NCBI RefSeq assembly: GCF_006345805.1
Contig: NC_043025.1
Coordinates: forward strand, 10,292,001-10,356,000
DNA from: Octopus sinensis
Taxonomy: Eukaryota
DNA length: 64,000 nt
Reading direction: 5' to 3'
Shown here: positions 12,994 to 25,150 of the stretch, piece by piece
Numbering within the stretch: position 1 is the first letter of the stretch
Layout of the letters: each line of letters opens with the position of its first letter
Notes under the pieces: model-generated
What the model saw: only the letters and a program-made list of their open reading frames with translations
Databases searched by the model: none
Told to the model about the DNA's origin: nothing
Made by a program: the position numbers and the translations under genes

Positions 12994-13375
12994 ACTAGCA
13001 GTATCACCCGGCGTTGCTCAGGTTTGTAAGGGAAATAACTATAAAGCATTTTTAGAGAGTTATAGCAAAAAAATTGCAAAAAAATGGGAAAAAATGATGG
13101 TAAATTTTTTTGAGAGTTAAAAAGGTGGAGTTGCGTCCCCTAGACAATTTGTGGTTTGTGTTTCTGATTCTCGACCCCATGTCGAATTTATCGATTTTTT
13201 TCAGAACTGGGGGAACTTTTCAAAATTTTCGCTGCGTTAGTTTTGAATTATGACATTGGGCTATGTGTGTGTCAAGTTTCATCAGAATCGGTTGAAAGCC
13301 GTGGTCAGGGTGAGGGTACAACCTAACAGACACACAGAAACACGCAGACAAACTGCCGTTTATATAGAGAGAGAT
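12994..13375 (+). mobile_element. Probable non-autonomous Helitron (Lep1-like architecture)
   Basis: 5' ACTAGcagtatcacccggcgttgctc and 3' aagtttcatcagaatcggtt...acagacacacaga...tttatatagagagat. No TIR or TSD. Family assignment is from recalled consensus shape. Confidence 0.5.
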
Positions 13376-13398
13376 ATAGAAAGAGACATATATTATAT

Positions 13399-13442
<44 letters not shown>

Positions 13443-13444
13443 TC

Positions 13445-13799
13445 TTTTTCCTTGTTTCAGTCATTTTGACTGCGGCCATGCTGGAGCACCGCCGTTAATT
13501 GAGCAACTCGACCCCGGGACTTATTCTTTTGTAAGCCCAGTACTTATTCCATCGGTCTCTTTTGCCGAACCGCTAAGTAACGGGGACATAAACACACCAG
13601 CATCGGTTGTCAAACAATGCTAGGAGGACAAACACAGACACACAAACATATATATATACATATATACAACGGGCTTCTTTCAGTTTCCGTCTACCAAATC
13701 CACTCACAAGGCTTTGGTCGGCTCAAGGTGCCACGCAGTGGGAGTGAACCCGGAACCATGTGGTTGGTAAGCAAGCTACTTACCACACAACCACTCCTA
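13445..13799 (-). mobile_element. tRNA-derived SINE family B with a small internal deletion
   Basis: Same consensus as the other family B copies. Confidence 0.9.
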
Positions 13800-13866
13800 T
13801 ATATATATATACATACACATTAATGTTCAGATCACTTTAAATTGTTGAGTTGCTTGTGAGATCTTT

Positions 13867-14069
13867 GTAACCCTTTTGTTAACACATTTCTGTTGAAAAA
13901 CAACCTTTGTTTTAATTAATTTTGGAACTAATGACAAATTTAGTAAACTATGCCGTTGTTAAACTGGTATTGAAATTTTGATGGACAATTTTTAGATCAC
14001 TTTTAAATAGGAAATTTTTTATCATAGAACAAAGGGCAGTTGTGTGTAGGTTAACATCAAAAGGATTAA
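13867..14069. mobile_element. Diverged second piggyBac-like MITE
   Basis: taacccttttgttaac ... gttaacatcaaaaggattaa imperfect terminal inverted repeats. Confidence 0.5.
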
Positions 14070-14311
14070 ATTGTTTTCAATGGAATCTAACCTGAGATAG
14101 TGTTGTTTAGTCCCAGATCAGCATGAATTAGTAGTGATGTTGGTGAATGGCATTCTAACTGTGACATCCCATTCTTTTGTGTATATCTACAACTATATGT
14201 CTGCTATTTCTGGCAAGTTGAGTGATCACACAAAAGCTCTTGTTGAATTGTAATCTATTTATTATAAAAAAAAAATAATTTGTTATTGAAGGAGCAAAAT
14301 GATCAGAGCAG

Positions 14312-14631
14312 CCAACTGGCTTCTGTACCCGTGGCATGTAAAAGGGTACCATTCGAGCATGATCATTAACAACGTCGCTTCACTGGCACCTGTGCTGGTG
14401 GCACGTGTAAAATGATTCAAGCGAGGTCATTGCCAGTACTGCCCGACTGGCCCCCGTGCCGGTGGCATGTAAAATGCACCCACTACACTCTCGGAGTAGT
14501 TGGCATCCAGCTGTAGAAACTCTGCCAGATCAAGACTGGAGCCTGGTGCAGCCATCTGGTTCGCCAGCCCTCAGTCAAAATCGTCCAACCCATGCTAGCA
14601 TGGAAAGCAGACGTTAAACGATGATGATGAT
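14312..14631 (+). mobile_element. SINE family A, variant subfamily
   Basis: Reverse complement of the 3477-3782 type, with a (gat)n tail. Confidence 0.9.
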
Positions 14632-16388
14632 TCTGAAGTTACAGTAACATGATTATACATTTAGTATGTCAACGTAATGTATGTAACCTAGATGGTGTGT
14701 GTACACATACACAACTTTTTCTAACCAGCAACTTTTTTCCCTCTTTCACTCACCCGTTTCTGCCTAGCTCCCACCACCATCATAATCCAGGGCTGCACTT
14801 GTCATGGGGTAAAGGGTAAACTAAACCCTCGAGAGCGTCACTTCAACATGGCCACAGTCCAGTGACTGAAATCAGTAAAAGAATAATCTCTCAAACATAC
14901 ATTGTTTTTCAGGGATGTAATGAACTTATATTGTTGACCCTTAGAAGGGAACTTTATTGGGATATGAAATACTGCAAAGAATTAATTTCATTTGTTTGTT
15001 GTATGATTTTGTTGGGTTAAATGTCGAGTAAGTTTTATTGGAAGCCAGTCTTTTTTTTTTATATATATTTTATTATGACTAAGAAGGCTTTCAAGATTGA
15101 TGGGAAGAAGGGAATTGTTCACGGGAGGAAGGACAGAACCAGTAACCCTTTTCAAGGCCTCAAAAACTGATGGGAGGAAGGAAGTTATCAAACTGGAGAT
15201 CTGGCATAAATGCATGCAAAATATTGGATTGTATTACAAGTACCAAAGATCCAAGTGGCAAGAAACTGTCTCTTTTACAGACTTCCATACAGTTTCCCTT
15301 TTACTAGATTTTACTCATTAGACTTTAAGCTTGCAGAAGGTACTTGCTGTGGAATCAAATCTAAAGCCACATTGTTATAAAGTGAACAACTTAAATATAC
15401 TCGAATCTATCCTAGTGTTCCCTCATGGCCACCCATTCATTTTTGTTTTGTTTTTGTATACCTTGTCTGTTGAGGACTACATTTATATTCTTCCCCATTT
15501 TTGAAAGATGGCAGGGTGTGTTTTGGGATATTTAGCTGTTATTTCTAGCAGGTTGATGAACTGCTGTTACAGTGTCTTTCATTGAGTTCGTAATTGAGTA
15601 TATATCAGTGGTTCCCAAACTGGATGGTACTGCACCCCCCACCCCCACCCCGGGTGGTGAAAAGATGGTAGTGGTTTGAGTTGAAGAAAAGTGGAGTGAT
15701 AATGGGGGTGGCCAAAAGGGGGCAATGGATGTAACAACAACAGAATAATGGGTTAATTAGGTTATTTTATTTGTGAAAAACAGTTGTTGAATTTGCTGTG
15801 TTTGTGGTGGTCAGTGGTGGAGTGGGTGTTCTCTAGGAATGTGTCTCAGGTGCTAAGGAGGAAGCAGCCTGTAAAAGTTTGGGAACCACTAGTATATATC
15901 TCTTAACCATATAATTTGTTGATTTCTCCCCTTCCCATTCTACACAAGGATGATAGGTAAACCTGACTCTGGTAAGGAATTTGAAACAGATGGATAAAAT
16001 TAAAAAAGATACTAAAGTGCATTTTAATCTTCTGCTGTGTTCTCTTGGCCATCTTCACTGTTGTAGACTAATTAATAATGATAATGATGCTAATAATGAT
16101 AATAATAAATACAGTGACTGAAGTTCAAGTAATTTTTAATTCTTTTTTCAGATGTTATTCACCGTTGGAGTGTAGTTAATACTGCGAGTGATGATATTCA
16201 CATACACAGCTCTTTACCACCAACTGCTTACTGTTTTTGTTTGAAATTGCCCCATTCCCCACCTTTTTTTTTATCTTTTTGTGTTCCTGTTTGTTTTCTA
16301 TTCATTCAGATGACCCCTTCCCTGTAATCCTATTGTTACATACATGCATTCACACATGCAATTTATTTGCTTGTTTTAAACAATTTGG

Positions 16389-16434
<46 letters not shown>

Positions 16435-16440
16435 GTACAT

Positions 16441-16471
<31 letters not shown>

Positions 16472-16669
16472 GTAATTAATGATAATGTGCTTTTGAAACA
16501 AAAATAAACAAAACTATAAAATAAAGAGACATAGAAACTGTACCTTTTCAATTGAGGACCATTAGCTGCCACCCCAGCCCATTATTTTGGAACCATTAAC
16601 CCCAGCTCTTCTGCCTCTCTCCTTTGATCCTTCCATTTCACAAGTTGTTCAGTTTCTCTAATTTTGCAG

Positions 16670-16689
16670 ATGCAGGTAAAACAAAAAAG
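16670..16689 (+). other. RBM39: Candidate 20-nt frameshifting micro-exon (ATGCAGGTAAAACAAAAAAG)
   Basis: Acceptor ttttgcag| and a perfect AAG|GTAAGT donor at 16690, in a repeat-free island. Confidence 0.55.
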
Positions 16690-16742
16690 GTAAGTATGTT
16701 ACTAATAGCCAATCTGATATATTTGTTCCAATTATTTCTTAG

Positions 16743-16810
16743 CCGTTCTCTCTACTCACTGTCAAAGTTCAGCTTCAGCTTTGAGCAGGGCTGGTATCGT
16801 AACCAATGAG
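16743..16810 (+). other. RBM39: Candidate 68-nt poison exon with in-frame TGA at 16782-16784
   Basis: Branch point TACTAAT at 16700-16706, acceptor atttcttag| and weak donor GAG|GTATAT. Contains AGCTTTG at 16777-16783. Lies in the intron equivalent to the one holding the human RBM39 poison exon. Confidence 0.7.
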
Positions 16811-17764
16811 GTATATCCGAGCTGTGCTTATTGCGATTAGTTACAGATGTTGACATTTCGTGTGTTATAGGGAGGTGTCTGTTTATCCACTTCTTTCTTG
16901 ATGTAATTGCCTTTAAATGTGTTACACTTTTATCTTAATTTGATAAAATTAAGCCTTGTTATTGTTTTGTCTTCAGAGTGAAAGTCTTTGAAGAAAATCC
17001 TATCCTAGAATGTAGTAAAAGTTAATTTCTTAGTTAAGTTTTTATCAGTTCTTATCTAGTTGGGAACGGTTGGTTTGTACAGATTACCTTCAAGATAGAA
17101 ACTTGTTACTCTGCAATCTTTATCTCGTTTTTGGTTATTTTAAATAGGTTATCCCCGTTAGATATCTTTGTCACTGTTATCTTTCAGTATTGAGTTGCTG
17201 ATAATTTTGTTCACATTGGATTTGATTCTATATCTTTTAATTCGTTATCTCTTATTTTCCATAGTTTCTCTTTTGATGTGATCTTAATGTAAATTTGAAA
17301 TTTTTGTTATATTTCCTATCTGCTTCTGCTGTTAATTATTTAATTTTTTTTTTTCGTCTTAAAACATTTTGTGTATATATGTACAAAGGGAACCGAAAGT
17401 CTTGCTACTGTTTAATGTATTTGTGTGTATTAAGTGGTAGCATGACCTTTTGGACTGTTCAGTTTGTATATGTGGATACAGACATCCAATAGCTGGATTT
17501 AGTTACTTAAGCATAATTTTAGTGGAGTAGGGAGTCCAATTGATCCAACAACTGGAGGTTTCTTTGTTGAATCTACTGGAGATCCATATAGGCATGGCTG
17601 TGTGGTAAGAAGTTTGTTTCCCAACTACACAGCTTCAGGTTTAGTTCCACTGTGTGGTGCCCTGGGTATGTGCCTATGTGCTTTCTATAGCTCCAAGCCA
17701 ACCAAAGACCTATGTGGTTTTGGTAGAGGGAAACTGACAAGAATCTATTATGTGTGTGTGTGTG

Positions 17765-18200
17765 TCATCATCATCATCATCATCATTTAACGTCCGCTTT
17801 CCATGCTAGCATGGGTTGGACGGTTCAACTGGGGTCTGGGGAGCCCGAAAGCTGCACCAGTCCAGTCAGATCTGGCAGTGTTTCTACAGCTGGATGCCCT
17901 TCCTAACGCCAACCACTCCGAGAGTGTAGTGGGTGATTTTATGTGCCACCGACACAGGTGCCAGACGAGGCTGGCAAACGGCCACGCTCGGATGGTGTTT
18001 TTTATGTGCCACCGACACAGGTGCCAGACGAGGCTGGCAGACGGCCACGCTCGGATGGTGTTTTTATGTGCCACCGACACAGGTGCCAGATGAGGCTGGC
18101 AAACGGCCACGATCGGATGGTGCTTGTTACGTGCCCACAGCACGGAGGCCAGTCGATGCGGTACTGGCTACGGCCATGTTCGGATGGTTTTATTGTGTGC

Positions 18201-18203
<3 letters not shown>
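17765..18203 (-). mobile_element. SINE family A with about 3 internal tandem subrepeats of ~62 bp
   Basis: (cat)n, family core and a repeated atgtgccaccgacacaggtgccagacgaggctggc unit. Confidence 0.9.
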
Positions 18204-18251
<48 letters not shown>

Positions 18252-20674
18252 GTTGGCGTGTGCACATGTTTGTGCATGTTACTATCTCTTTGATTTGGCA
18301 TTGTATGGTAGTTGTAAACAAGTATTACTGTCATACAAATGGTGTCCTTTATTTTCAATCTCCTCGGAAAACCTGTCTGGCCATGAAGAAATATTACTGT
18401 AGTTGGAAACGGGTGAGGGTTAGTAACAGGAAAGGTAGCTAGTCATGGAAAATCCACATCAATAAATTCTGTCCAACCAAGATGATCTTAGAAAAGTGGA
18501 TGTTCAAATGATGGTGATGGACATTCTATTTCCATTTAGCTGTTGCTGAACCACTGTAAGATGAAATATCAGCCAGCCATTGCGGGTTAATCTATGTTGG
18601 TTGTTAGGCCTGTTTGTTCATGCTGGCTGGTCAGAACATTAGTACTGGCTGTTGACAACTTGGTGGAATTTTTGACCTAGAACACGAAGAGCTGGAACAG
18701 TTATGTTTAGGTAACTGGTCTACTGCTCTGTCATATCACTTTACTTTTCATCGGTGAGTGAATAAAAGATCTCGGTGAGAATAGAATTAAGAACAAAAAG
18801 AGTTGGAATGAATATTTTTAAGGTGAGCCGTCCAGTGCTCCTGAAGACTGTTCATTCCCTATCTTGTTTGTGTGTGTGTGTGTGGCTTGAGGTTAAGAAA
18901 TTTGCTTTGAGACCATGTGGTTTTGGGTTCTAACTTACTATATGGTACCTTGGGCATGTGTCTTCTCTTATAAACACTAGACCAACCTATGCTTTGTAAC
19001 TAAGTTTGGAAAATGGAAACTGTATGGAAGCTGCCAGCATGTGTTTATGTCTGTCTGTAACTTGTCTTATATTAACACCATTAGCCATTTGACAACTGGT
19101 GTTGATTTGTATAAGTCCTTGATACTGGAGTTGGACTTACTCTTTGAGGCCATAGTCCAATAACTGAAAGCAGTAGAAATGTGTGTGTGTGTACTGGGCC
19201 ACAGGCATGGCCAAGTGTTTAAGAAGTTGGTTTTGTTGCCATTGGGTTCTGGATTTGATGTCAGTGTGACATCTTGGGCAAGTGTTTGTAGTGTATCCCT
19301 ATCAAAAATCTGTGTGGAAGCTTGTCAGATGGACTGTGCTTATGAAGCTAGCCTCTAATTCCCCCATCTGATTTACTTCAAAGTCTTAAAAACCTGTGGA
19401 ATACTTTGCCAGTTATAGACATGATAGTTCAGATGATGGAACTGTTGATATAAATGTCATTTACTTATATACCCTTGTTTAATATTTATATTCCAGTAAA
19501 ATGTGGCTTAAAATGTGACCATTTTTTGAAATAGATTTATTATGCTATGTATACTGAATGGTATGTTTTACCAGAATTTTTGCAACTCGGGGTTCAGTTC
19601 AATATTCCACTCTTATATCCTTGTATCATCAAAGCAAGGACATACAATATTATGAAAAAGAGTTGCATAATATCAGAATAATGACAAAACCACATTTTGA
19701 TATTTCAAATGTATTTAATACACTTGTTTCTGATAATTATGCAAGATAATCCTTACAGAATATTATCTTCAGTCAAATATTTCAAAATATTTTACTGAAG
19801 AAGGTAGTATTATGTAAGTATTAAATTCTGTAACTACTAGAAACTTGTATTAAATGTATTCCAAATATCAACATATGGTTTATATATATATAAATAAAAC
19901 CATCGCATTTAGCCTACTCAACTTGGAAGTCCTTGGTCGCTTTAGTATATATTAAATATAATTTTTCCTCTTCATAAGGTAGTTTTGTTTTTATTTGTTG
20001 TTGCTGTTTTTTTCCCCCCCTTCAGTAAATTTTAGAGTCGTAAATTCTAAAAGTCAAGTTTTTCTACTTAAGATTTATCATCGTAAACATCATTTAAATT
20101 GATTATCTATAAGATAATTTAAACATCCAGGATTTAATACTTTCTAATTGTCTTCTAAGCTATTTTTTAATGCTTTCATTTCAATCATTTTGCTTAAAGA
20201 CCATATTAAAATATTTTGCTGTCTTGTGACAGTTTTTTTTTTTTTTTTTTTTTTTAGTTTTATTTCCCCCCTCCCACCTTTTTTTGTGCGCATTCTATTA
20301 TTGATAAACATTTACATTTCTTTTCATAGAATAATTGAATGAAACATGAATTCTGAAGTGACAGACCAAGGGGATTTCCAAATTGGTTTGATTAATTTAT
20401 CTACTCAGTGTTCAGTAATATTTTAATCTTTGCTGTTTTTGCAATGCCAGCTCCGGCCATATTTCGATCTGAAACTGAATCTTACGTGCCTGCTCTCTCT
20501 CTCTCTTCATGTTGGGATTAAGAAACTGAATTGCAGAATTGACACCAGGAAAATAAATACGTTGAAAGCAAATGTTAGAGAGAAAATAAGATAAATCACT
20601 CAACAATCAAATGCTGGTTCCTTGATATTTAGTTAGTTTTTACTAATTAATTAATTCCCAATATAATTCCCCAT

Positions 20675-21078
20675 AGGCGCAGGAGTGGCTGTGTGGTAAG
20701 TAGCTTGCTTACCAACCACATGGTTCCGGGTTCAGTGCCACTGCGTGGAACCATTGGGCAAGTGTCTTCTACTATAGCCTCGGGCTGACCAAAGCCTTGT
20801 GAGTGGATTTGGTAGACGGAAACTGAAAGAAGCCCGTCGTATATGTGTACACATGTGTGCGTGTATGTATGTGTGTGTGTGTTTGTCCCCCTAGCATTGC
20901 TTGACAACCGATGCTGGTGTGTTTACGTCCCCGTCTCTTAGCGGTTCGGCAAAAGAGACCGATAGAATAAGTACTGGGCTTACAAAGAATAAGTCCCCGG
21001 GGTCGAGTTGCTCGACTAAAGGCGGTGCTCCAGCATGGCCGTAGTCAACTGACTGAAACAAGTAAAAGAGTAAGAGTA
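20675..21078 (+). mobile_element. tRNA-derived SINE family B, full length
   Basis: Head aggcgcaggagtggctgtgtggtaag...ggttccgggttcag and 3' end gactgaaacaagtaaaagag. Confidence 0.92.
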
Positions 21079-22341
21079 TAATGTCTAGAATTTGCCACTC
21101 ACCTTTGTGTGGTGTTAGCACCATCAGCAACAGAATGATGAAGTATTAGTGAAACACTAATGAAATATAATTAATCTGCCACATCTTGGTGTCATTTGTC
21201 CGACTGACCACCAGAATAAATCTGTTATTGGTTGTAGGCATGACTGGGAAAGAAGCTTTCCTCGGCAGCCACATCATTCTTGATGAAATCTCTCTGCTAG
21301 GTACTTTGGACTAGTGTCCTCTGTGGTCTTTGGATGATCAGCCACTACCTTGTCAGTGAAATTTTGCAGAGGGTAACTCTGAAAGTTGTGTTAGTTTGTG
21401 TGTGATAGATGCAGATATAGCTGTGTGGTTTAAAACTTTTGGGTTCAGTCACTCTACAGAATACCTTGGGCAAATGCCTTGTAGAACCTGGGTTGACCAA
21501 AGTCTTGGTAGATGTTAACTGAAAGATAGTTGTGTGTAAAATATGCACTCATATACACACACGTAGGTATGCATACATGACTATTTCACATCTACATTTT
21601 CTTGTATGGGTGTTGTCATATTGGCAGTGTTGTTCTCAGTTTTCCTGTCAACAAATTGTCTGCTTGCTTCATTCTTTTAAAGCCATATAGAATAAGGGAT
21701 TTCATACAGGTAAAACAAGTAGAACAAGAAGGTCTTTTACTCTAAAACAACACCTCAATAATATATTCATCTAACCCATGCAAGCATGGAAAATGAAAGA
21801 CTGTGTGTGTGTGTATGTGTGTGCTTATGCATGTTTCATGCATTTGTATATCTTTTGCTGATGTTGGTATACAATGGCAAGAAAATTGAAGTGATAATTT
21901 TTGACCCATGTTCCTTGAGATATTTGTTCTCTACAGAGACAGTAAATCATTGACTGGCTTGTTGGAAATATGTAACCAGTGGCATCATTGTATAAAATAG
22001 GACTGTTGTCCAAACAGATCTAATTTGGCTGGTGGAGACATGTCTTAACAAAACCGACATGGGCCATTTGAAGAACAATCAGTTTATTTAGCAGTCACTT
22101 AGGTCTAGTAGCTAATCTTTTGGCTATTTCTTCAATCTATTTTCATCGTTACTGCAGCACAGACTTGTTCTTGTGTGTAGTATGTAAAGGAGATTTGTGA
22201 AGTGCACATGCGGTTAATAATCTGTAGAAATCTTACTATTCTTATTAAATATTTTAATCATTTCAAAACCTGTCTAGGAGCCAGCATGTTATAACATAGA
22301 ATACATACATGTCTCTGTGTGTGTGTCTATATGTCTATATA

Positions 22342-22374
<33 letters not shown>

Positions 22375-22674
22375 ATAGATACACACACGCTCCCGACCAC
22401 AAGCACTAATGCAGGAGATTATAAGTTTCCAACGCTAGTTACAGAACACTTTACTCTTTCTCCCTCACTGTCTCTCCATCTTTCCAACTTCCCAAAGCCA
22501 GCTGTGATCAGCCAGAATGCAGCTTCCAGATAACAACAAGGATATTCTTTTCAGCACTGTATAGCGTTTGTTTCCGAAGAACTAACACCGTTCCTCTTTC
22601 ATCTTTTTCAACTTGACCTAAGCTGAAGAATTTTTACTATTTCGGTCTTTTTTGTTTTGTTTCTGTTTTTCTAG

Positions 22675-22718
22675 GATGACGTCGTCAAAACTGATGGAAG
22701 AGCTGACAAAGAAAGAAG
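22675..22718 (+). CDS. RBM39: RBM39 second coding exon (44 nt, phase 0 to 2); DDVVKTDGRADKER
   Basis: Long U-rich tract ending ttttctag|GAT and donor AAG|GTAGGT. Open in the frame set by the previous exon. Short phase 0/2 exon, as recalled for human exon 3. Confidence 0.85.
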
Positions 22719-25150
22719 GTAGGTTTATCGCTATTGATTTTTCTCTTTTGGTGAATTGTTTCTAAAAATCATTTCTATTGATCTGTTTGTTAGATTTGAA
22801 CTTGATGGGAGGGAATGTTCTAGTAATAAATTTTTTTGTACTTTAGAGTAAGACACAGTTTCTCTTGCATATTTTTGTTGTCCAAAAAAAGAAAAAAAAA
22901 AGAAAAAAATCACAATCTTTGGTTAAAGATTTTTTTTTCCCTTTTACTCAAGCTAGATCTAAGATATTGTTATTTGAACCTTGATTGTTTGGTAACAATA
23001 GTTCCTGGTGACCGGATTTTGGTTGAGAAAGTTAGGGTCTTGGGATTTGTGAAGATTAATTTTTGGTTTTTGATATACCTTCCCTTGTTAACTTCATAGA
23101 ATCTGTAGGGACTGATACTCAATGTATGGCACAAAATGATCCACTGGGGCCAGTATTTAACATATTAAATATAATTATCTACTGAGGGTTGTGCTCAATA
23201 TATTGCTCAAGTCCACATGACTCATAGGGTTCATAATGAGGCCTCTGGATCATTATGGCTTGTTATGATCCACTACTCAACACATGGTTTCCCTGGGAAG
23301 TTTGTCCCTTGATCTTTTCAACTGCACCTCTCTGTTACATGTAGCCTCCTATTTGCTGGGAATATTATTGACAATGTTGGTACAATCAGTTTTATGGGGC
23401 CCACATTGAATACTATAATATTGAATTTTCTTAGTGGTTGAAATTGGGTGTTGTTCTGTTGGATACCTTTCACAAGAACATAAGTGAAATGGTGTCAGGT
23501 GGGGATTGAAACCCACTCAGAGCCTGGTTGAACAAGAATGTGCTTCCCTTAGAATTACTGAAACCTTTCTCACGGTAGCACCTCTGCTGAGTGCTTCTCC
23601 ATTTTACAAGCCTCTGCGTGGGTGTTTGACTTGCTAGAAGCAGTTGAAATATATCCCTCAAATCACACGTAACTGGAAGAGGATATGTTGGATTATGAAG
23701 TTCCTGATATACCCAGAAACAATAGTCATGACTGGAAAGCTTTTAATCATTCTATCAGGCTAAATTAGTTGTGTGGCTTCTGTAATTAATATAATTTTAG
23801 ATCTGGAACGGATGTAAAGCTTTGAAGGGACACTTTGTATACACAGTGATTTAGGTTGGCTGTAACCCTAGAAATAGTCCATCAATGGGAAATAGGTTCA
23901 AGGAGTGATCAGTGTAAATTTGTTAAGGGCAAACAAATTGGAACTAAATGGTATTGGTATTGAGGGCAGTATTGTTTTTGGTGGACCCATTGTGCTTGTC
24001 TAACCCAAGGTCAGCTCTGATCCAGCAATTGTATCCCAGCCATCATTTAAATTAAGACAGTAGGCTACATTATCCTCTGTAGTACATCAAAGAGAGAGAA
24101 ATATAGCTGTTATTTCTAGCTAATGGGTTGATTAGCTTCAGAAATAGTCCTTGTTATGTCCTCCGGGTGTAGGCATTAAGGACCCATCTCCTTGTTATTG
24201 TTGTTTGGTTGGCAGTCAGCTGCTTTGTGGAATTGGCCTGATTCTAGTGAATGCCATTGAGACGGAGGTTGTGATGTTACCATAGAGAAATTCAGCCAAT
24301 CTTGGGAGACATTGGTTTTTATAGTTGGATTTGTGAAAATTGAAAAGATTTTTTGCTCCAGACCTTTCATGACCGTATCTAGTGAAATACTCTTGTTTTA
24401 TGTTACAATAAATTTAGCAAATAGAGAATTTAAAGGGTTAGTAAAGTGACTGGTTTTTCATTATGAAGTTGGTGTGTAGAAAATATATGTACTGTAAATT
24501 CCTCCATTAAGTTATAACACAAGGTTCTAAATAATGTATAAACATTTTAAGATAAGACATTTTTGTATCATAGAAGCGGTGGTGGTTTTGGGTGTGCTGG
24601 TATCAAAAGGGTTGCAAAATACAAGCATAATAGCAATTTAACAAAACTGAAGGTTTGGGGCTTGCAAAGGAAAAAAAAAACTTGTAAAGGGTTAGTCGTT
24701 GGTATTGATGGTTTTCACACTGACAATCTCACTTTGACAGACTACAATACTATTGAAGCCAAGCAATTGAGGTTCAACTAATGGTTTAGCACAGGTTGGT
24801 CATTATATATATATAGCTGATGTATGTGTGTGTTTATACGGTATAGTTATGGTGATGGATATAGTGTAGAAGTTGTTTGTGTAAGAAGTGTTAAGTTAGA
24901 TATGTATCATGCGTTTGTGTTTTTGGTAGACTACACTAACATAGAGATATAAGCAGGCTAGGAAAGGTGGGGAGAGTAATTTGCATATGGATGTGGTATA
25001 CTGAGCAAAGAAAAATAGGTGTTTAACATTCTACATGCAGTGAATATTACTGTTAAAAGACAATGGTTATTACCGTTGCACTCTGTGTATCTGCTTTCTT
25101 GGTTTTGCATGATTTCTAGATCTTAAGAAGATAATCCTACTTTGGAGATA

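Noticed and set aside
16188-16260. GTGATGA C-box in the conserved-looking island
   Set aside because: No D box (CTGA) at a suitable distance.
16811-16820. Possible U12-type donor (GTATATCC / ATATCC)
   Set aside because: Does not match the required RTATCCTT consensus; treated as a weak U2 donor.
17787-18442. Overlapping ORFs of 92-169 aa (also 28723-29277, 38834-39100 and 61546-61915)
   Set aside because: They are translations of family A SINEs and their subrepeats; the same peptides recur at every copy.
20675-20750. tRNA-like sequences at the heads of SINE families B, C and E
   Set aside because: A/B boxes are present but they continue into SINE bodies, and I could not fold a complete cloverleaf; not called as tRNA genes.
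21135-21207. Possible intronic C/D snoRNA (ATGATGA ... CTGA)
   Set aside because: No terminal stem and no recognisable rRNA/snRNA guide; such box pairs occur by chance in AT-rich DNA.
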